Part shown: in pieces, positions 38,067-44,798 of the stretch | Position numbering within the stretch: the stretch's first letter is position 1 | Layout of the letters: each line of letters starts with the position of its first letter | Source: Catajapyx aquilonaris | Lineage: Eukaryota | Length of the DNA stretch: 44,798 bases | Reading direction: 5' to 3' | Assembly (NCBI GenBank): GCA_000934665.2 | Contig: JYFJ02000839.1 | Span: forward strand, 62,001 to 106,798 | Translations under genes and position numbers: made by a program | The notes under the pieces: model-generated | Told to the model about the DNA's origin: nothing | Seen by the model: the letters and a program-made list of their open reading frames with translations, nothing else | Database searches by the model: none

Positions 38067-38954
38067 AAGTTCATTGGCCACAGTGCTTAGGCTGGAAAAA
38101 TGGCAATTCAGCCAATGAATCACTAAAATTAACTGGTACAAAATAACCGCTTAACAATAAGAGGTTTAGCGCTAAAAATTATTTCTAACCACTACGGATG
38201 CTTCAACGAGAAAATAATTTTTTTAGCCCTTCATACTGAGCAAATAATTGTTAGTGTATTTAGAGTAATGTTCACATGATTTTAACTGCGAATAATGTAT
38301 TATACAGTTCTACAATGTGATTAAGATCACTTTGAGCAGGTGTATTGTGTCGCGTTTTACGATGAAGTCCTATTCCAAGATCTACACCGTATATACATAG
38401 TATATTATACTCTGCATCATATTTGATTGGGAGTCATCATTATTTTTGTTGGCGTCGCAAACATGTGAATAACATTCATAACATTACTAATATCATACGG
38501 ATTAGACCACTCTCTTGCGTGCTAGCCGAGATATCTAATAAGCAGGACACTTCTTTATTAATCATTTACAAGTTAGTGTCGCATGCAGTCGCATGGGAGT
38601 TATAATAATTCCACAAATGCCAAATAAATGATGTAGGCCCTATTTTTGAATCCGGAGTAGGTCAAGGAATCGCCCACCAATTGCTGCAGTTACTGACCAT
38701 CCGTATATCGCACTGTTCAATAATTATGATCTCTTATTCTCATGCGGATGTGTATACAGTATACCTGCACAGCTGCACATATGCAATATATCACACGCAG
38801 CCGTTTTTCCGAGCGAAAAATGTGCTCCTTGATCCGCGCTATAGTGAAAGCGTAAGCGCCTTTTTCACCGGACAATAAAGCTGCTGTGTGTACAGTACAC
38901 GCCATAATATTCGTGTTGGGATACTCTTTGTATTATAGCATATTATTCATAAAG

Positions 38955-39214
38955 TTGGCGACACGGTGGCCGTGTGGTTAGCGCCGCAGCCTTCCACCTC
39001 TAAGGTCCCGAGTTCGATCCCCTGGTCGGACGAAGGATACTTATGTGGATAGAGTTTCGATGGGTTCTCTCCGTGTTCGCGTGGGTTTTCTCGGGGTTCT
39101 CCCGTTTCCTCCCACTATCAAAATCCATCACATTTCAGGCAAATGATTAAAGACGGGTTTTCAAAAGATGATCCCCTAAGAGGCCCAAGGGGCCTATCAC
39201 GGGGTATCCATTAT
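38955..39214 (+). mobile_element. tRNA-derived SINE with V-domain-like core (V-SINE-like), family B
   Basis: A/B-box head. The central GAGTTTCGATGGGTTCTCTCCGTGTTCGCGTGGGTTTTCTCGGGGTTCTCCCGTTTCCTCCCAC resembles the V-SINE conserved domain. 14-bp TSD TATTATTCATAAAG at 38941-38954 and 39215-39228. Confidence 0.88.
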
Positions 39215-41020
39215 TATTATTCATAAAGCTATTGAAGAAACAAAAAAGTGCCAAATATTGACTTGCTACAAATTCAGGGTTTAGTGCTTTAAAAGCTATA
39301 TGTAGGGCCCTATATATCAGAAATGAAATTTTGATTGTTATTTTATATAGTATATAGATTTCATCTCTGAAGATGTATTACTCAGAGGCGAAACCAATGC
39401 TATAGCCTACATAATTGCGTTTATATATAACTTACACTAAAAAATTTCACCTCTTGTTATTGACTCCTTTTTGATTAATGATAGGATCATGTATGTCTAT
39501 AATGGCTGAAACCAAGACCAAGGGAGCAAAGGTCATATTTCGCCTGCTGGCACCTGGCGTAAGCTATACAGTTGAGAGATTACATTGTATAGGGTGGTCC
39601 GAGGTTGATATGATTCAGTTAAAGTTAAATAATATTCCTCGCTATATTTTGTAAGGTTATCTTTAATCGGGAACTGATAGCCCGATATTTTCCTTTTGTT
39701 TATACAAAAGTCAGTGTTGGAATGATTATTTTGCAAGTTATATAGTCGACATCAAATTAAGGTGCCATCATATGCAATTTCGTAATTACTGCACGTCATA
39801 TCATCCATGCCATCATACACTTTTATCAATAATTGTACAGCTTGCAAAAAAAATTTCAACATTGAGTTTTGGAGACAAAGAGAAACCCTATATCGGGCTA
39901 TTCCACAGATATTAGAGGCTAGGGGCTATTCATGAATTATAGTCATAATCTTCAAAATGTATACGATAATGTAAAAGATAACATACGGTAGCTTGCGGAG
40001 AAGCTATACGCGAAATTCTACTTTCTGTGTGGGCTACACATGGATGGAGGTGCTTCGGGGATGGAATATTAATGCGAGTTCAGAGCGCAACATATCAGTA
40101 CCATATTAAATAATTATTATATCAGACTATACAAGTGAATCACAGGTCATTCCACACTTGCAGAAAATACTGTTCCTTGAGTTCATTCGGGCATATACAG
40201 CAGTATTGAGATTAGAATAATATTATGAATCATGAAAGTTATTTATAACTGATGTCAACTAACAGTATAGCTCAGCAATGAAACATTTTTGAGGAAAGTC
40301 TGATATCAAAGAATTGCGCTCAAGTCCGTCGTAGCTGCTGTCAATAACTTACAATCTTACATCATTTGAAGGAAACTTACGTCGTATATTATTCTATGCC
40401 ATTATACAGGGTATGAAGTGCCAGTTCCAAGAGCATGGATTTATCACCCCAGTAACCAGCTTAAAGATACATAATAATAGCAACAAGTGAATTCATGATT
40501 GTTGCTTGCTTCCAACGGGTTGCTTCTCTTTAAACTAGTTGTTGGGATGTGCATTCCATATAACTTCTAGCCTTATTGAACTGGATATTTGGGCAGTGCA
40601 ACACCACGTATATTGCAACATTGTTATACAAAATTGGTCATTCAGAAGGGTGTGATTTTCCACGTAAAACTTTGGTATTCCCATCAATATGAACATTTAC
40701 GATGAGAAGTTGCCCGGTATTCACAAACTATATATACAGGGCTCTTGAACCGAAAGTGGTGCGCATTCCATGAAGTTCGGTTGGCTAGGTGGAATGTGCA
40801 AGTGGTGGTATGGATCAACCCTTCCAAAAGAGATTACATCACAGCCCCTGTAGTAGCAGTCGGGTTCAAAATGTTATTCTACAAACAGTGTAATATCTGC
40901 ATAAGGGTCAAATAAAGCGACCTCTTTTGAAACCTGATGTGTTATGTACTGCACATTTTTCGCAATTGAAATGATTGGCGAATTTTCGGAATTGAGCGGT
41001 TTATTTTAATCCGTTACTTT

Positions 41021-41229
41021 TTATTTTTAAAATTTACGTTACCCCGTGATAGGGCCAGAGGCCCTTATAGGGGGGTGGAATACCACCATTTTTCCTTCAA
41101 TTTTCTGATTTTTCTTCTAACTCCGGTGCAGGTCAGAGACCCTCCTGACGCAGGTGATGCGGGGATCGAACCTGGGACCTTTCACTCAGCAAGCCAAGAC
41201 GTTACCATCTCGGCCACCACACCTCCCCT
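41021..41229 (-). mobile_element. tRNA-derived SINE, family A
   Basis: The first ~70 nt differ from the 17499 copy at only 3 positions. 14-bp TSD TAATCCGTTACTTT at 41007-41020 and 41230-41243. Confidence 0.9.
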
Positions 41230-41401
41230 TAATCCGTTACTTTGTATAGTTACTTTCCATGGTTATCAAAAGTATTAGCTGCTGACATTAGGTTATGTGG
41301 ATCCATATAAAAACCCGCAAAGAGGGCCTTGCATACAATCGAAATTCCCAATCGGATATTCTATTCCAATTCATCACCTTGAAGCCTTGAATAGATTATT
41401 C

Positions 41402-41485
<84 letters not shown>
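41402..41485. repeat. (AAT)28 microsatellite
   Basis: Read directly. Confidence 0.98.
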
Positions 41486-41486
<1 letters not shown>

Positions 41487-42805
41487 TGTAATCCATCAGT
41501 AAATATTCCATCCATCCACTTTGAGCCTTGCTCTTGGAACACAAATGGAGGCCCAGGTTATCGTATCGGGCAGACTCTATACTATCTCACTGCAAAGTGG
41601 AGAGCGGCTGCGCGGCCGCTTTCCCAGCCCCAGGTCGCCCTCCTCCCCATCCCCTCCGACCCACTCACAAGCCCCCCCCCCCCCNCCCTCCCTCTCACCC
41701 CCTCATCCTTCTCCTCCTCCCCTCCCCACCATCCCCAACTGGAAATCTCTTTCCCCATGCCGCCGAAATGGACTCGGCCAGGATAATCAGATACGGTGTG
41801 TGAGTAACGAGTGCCGAGCTCCACTGTAAGCAACGGAGGTCAGACTTTTATGCTGGGAAGCGGAGGAGAGGGAAGCGGGGGAGGCGGAGGTGGGGCTTGC
41901 CACCTCCACCTAGTTCTAACCACCCTTTCATTTTGACGTCGGAGGAACTAGAGTAAATAAGTCGGGCTAATTTATGGCTCACCTAAGTAGGAATGACAGT
42001 ACTGCCAATTTTGAAAAAAAAGTTGAATGAAAATTATTTTTTAAAAACTATTTAAATTCGATAGTTATTGACATTTACATAAATAATTAAACTGAATGTT
42101 GTTTCAGTGTATTATGAATAATTCAAAGTCGTAGCCCCAGGAGTAACATTCATCGAATCTGTTACTGTAAGAGCAACATGCAAAATTGAGCAACATTATA
42201 CGTCGGAGCAGATTTTCCGTAATGAACAAGTTTCCGCTATATGAAGTTCCGGTACACTGTATTGCCGCCTGGAGGGGAGATGGACGAGAGAACCACTCAT
42301 TCTAGCCACTCCCCCAAACCCCGGTCTGACACGCCTATACTGTATATCCACTCATAGCATAAATAGACAGGTTATGAAGTGATGAACGCAGCCTAACAGT
42401 TCACAGAAAATGGGGAAAAAATCGCCGGAATTTAAAATTCGCGAAGGCAGTAGCCTCGTCATAAAAATTAATGAAGTGTTATTAATTAACTTATTTTGTA
42501 TTCCCAGGCATAAAGGGCCATTCTGGCACATTGCTCTCATACTCCCCGGCTCTTCACAAAGAGAGAAGTAAACGTGACATGCAGTGGACTTCATTTTGCT
42601 ATTTCCAGCGAGATTTTATCATTTTTCAGGACTCGACTATTATTTTACTAAATGATTTTAATATGCAGGAATAACAAATAAAGGCCCGGAATGTAGAACC
42701 ATTCATCATTTGAAATTGAATTAGGCACTGAGTATGGCTGAGTTATCCGTACAGTTTCCTACTCACGATCATTCTGTTGGAGCAGTGGCATTGTATAACC
42801 TAGAC

Positions 42806-43216
42806 CAGGGTTATTCAACTGGCGGACCGCGGTCCGGATCCGGACCGCGACGCAATTTTGTCCGGACCGCGACAATATACAGGACGGTTTGAAATAGCAT
42901 GATAAATTACTAATTCATGATTTTTTGGAAAAAGGGCCGACCAATTTCATCAAATACACACCCATTCAAATGTCCCACATTCACCTAAGCTCGTGGGACC
43001 TTGAACCCTCAAAAATTTCCCGCCCTTTACGGCTTGTTCACCCCTTCTACCCTTGCTGCACATGTTTCTATTTTCGAATATGAACCCAGTTGTACCACAT
43101 AAAATCTATATATTTTTACCTGGGGGGGGGNGGGGGGGGGAGGAGGGGGTCCGGACCTTCAATGGTCCAGGAAAGCCAAATACTGGACCTTGTCATAAAC
43201 TAGTTGAATACCCCTG
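42806..43216. mobile_element. hAT-type non-autonomous element
   Basis: TIRs CAGGGTTATTCAACT and AGTTGAATACCCCTG; 8-bp TSD ACCTAGAC (42798-42805, 43217-43224). Subterminal GGACC/GGTCC repeats include a 22-bp palindrome at 42828-42849. Confidence 0.92.
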
Positions 43217-44298
43217 ACCTAGACACATAGTTTAAAAAAATAAAAGGCTTTCAAACCCTCACATCCAGAATTATTCAAATGTGACTCTGGTCTTCCTGCA
43301 TTTCAGATCTTCAAGAGTGTCGAACATTTATCTCTATAATAGTATTTAATATGTTGAGGATGCAAATACATGCCAAAAATATTAAAAAGTGGCAAGAGGT
43401 GCTTTAGCATTTTCAACATGAAAAGTAGGTAACGAAATTGACGGACTTATGTAAATTGCTCAACATGTGTCATTTCACATACACGATGTCCCAAATCAAA
43501 TAACTTACGATAACATACCATCCACATTAGGATATGATTACTAAATAATGCAAAGTGTGTAAAAATAACTTCCAGAAATTTTGTGGTTGGATTATGCAAT
43601 TTTGTATGTATCATTTATCAGAAGGAATGACTCTAATTTAAGAGAATTTGGTTTCATTAGGGAGATAATTGCATGCTAAGTTTCGTCACGCGGATCAGTA
43701 AAAGGCTTGGTAAAAGGGGATCACCCGTCGCCTTTGGCGACAGATGTATGACAGGTAGCTGCTGGGGTGAAAAATAACTATCACGATGACCCCAATTATT
43801 CAGGTGCATGACAAAACTAATCGTAGCATGCAATTAACTCGTCCGTAACTTAGCCAAAATCTCCAAAATCAACAACAGTATAGGTTACCATCTATCATAT
43901 TAACATCCTCAGTTGCGGTGTTTGTATAAGCCCTCTGATTGGTCAGCCGCCCATTGTTGTGACCGCCACGTTCCGATTGGCCCCCGTCCATTGTTACCTG
44001 GACGTATTGTTACCATGACGCCTCCAATTGGCCCCGTTCCGAGCATGGGTGGAAGAACGCCACAGTCGCTTGCTGGACGTCAACGAGGACACATCTCCTC
44101 TCCCGTGAAGACCCCTCTACCCTTCCACCCTCCTGCACCCACGTCTTCACGGTGACCTCACAACAGGGAGGGGGAGAGGAGGGAAGCATGGAACCTGATG
44201 GAACGTCGTCAACAAACCGAACATAGTCTGGCTATACAGTCGGGATGTTGTTTATCAGTGGTGCCAAACTGCCAATTCCATCTATAATTATTTATTAA

Positions 44299-44798
44299 AA
44301 TCGTAGTGGGGTTAAGCAGGGTTGTGTCATGTCTCCCTGGTTATTTAACTTATACTTAGATGCATGTGTAAGGGAAGCTATGGTTGAAGGTGTAGGAGTG
44401 CAGTTTGGTGATGAGTTAGTTAGTCACTTGCTGTATGCAGATGATTCTGCCCTTCTGGCGGAGAGTGAGGCTGATTTACAGTTGATCCTAGGCAAGTTAG
44501 ATAATGTTTGTGAAAAGAGGGGTATGAGGATTAACGTATATAAGACTAAGGTTTTGGTATTTGAGAGGGGACAGCAGGTTTCTCCTTGTACGTTGCAGGT
44601 ACGAGGAAAACTGGTTGAGCAGGTCAGCCAGTTTGTATACCTGGGTAGTGTCCTTGAGAGTAATGGCAGAATTGATGGGGAAATAGACAGGAGAGTTAGT
44701 CCTGGGTTGAAAGTGATAGGTGCCACAAGTAAGTTTTCTAGAAATAAGGACTTATCTTCTGCCTGTAGGTTGTCTGTCTATTCTCACGTTATTGTTCC
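44299..44798 (+). mobile_element. Non-LTR retrotransposon (RTE-like) reverse transcriptase fragment, 5'-truncated, runs off the window
   Basis: Stop-free frame SGVKQGCVMSPWLFNLYLD...HLLYADDSALLAESEADLQ...GMRINVYKTKVLVF...EQVSQFVYLGS...DGEIDRRV, with YADD at 44434-44445. It is absent from the ORF track because no stop occurs within the window. Confidence 0.93.

Noticed and set aside
44424..44726. 100-aa minus-strand ORF
   Set aside because: Antisense shadow of the RT frame.

Overview
Animal (probably invertebrate) nuclear DNA, mostly non-coding and rich in repeats. I found no prokaryotic features or CRISPR arrays. The one confidently identified gene is a Polycomb (Pc/CBX-type) chromobox gene on the minus strand. 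It has five coding exons (37008-36940, 36866-36823, 36756-36691, 36633-36576, ~33220-32414) and encodes about 347 aa: chromodomain, KRGPKPK motif, S/P-rich linker and C-terminal Pc box. Intron 1 probably uses a GC donor. The 3.3-kb intron 4 holds the most unusual object in the window: a sense-strand tRNA-Gln-like gene with intact stems and A/B boxes, in which the 3-nt anticodon is replaced by a 9-nt mini-hairpin. The same intron contains a candidate basic cassette exon and a promoter-like motif cluster. Elsewhere there are tRNA-derived SINEs (four with clear target-site duplications, one family with a V-domain, three sharing a covarying 3' hairpin) and Tc1/mariner, PIF/Harbinger and hAT MITEs. 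A 5'-truncated RTE-like LINE runs off the right edge. There are also decayed LINE endonuclease relics, microsatellites and several near-perfect palindromes. Splice signals suggest a second, unidentified minus-strand gene leaving the left edge. All calls were made by eye, without database searches.
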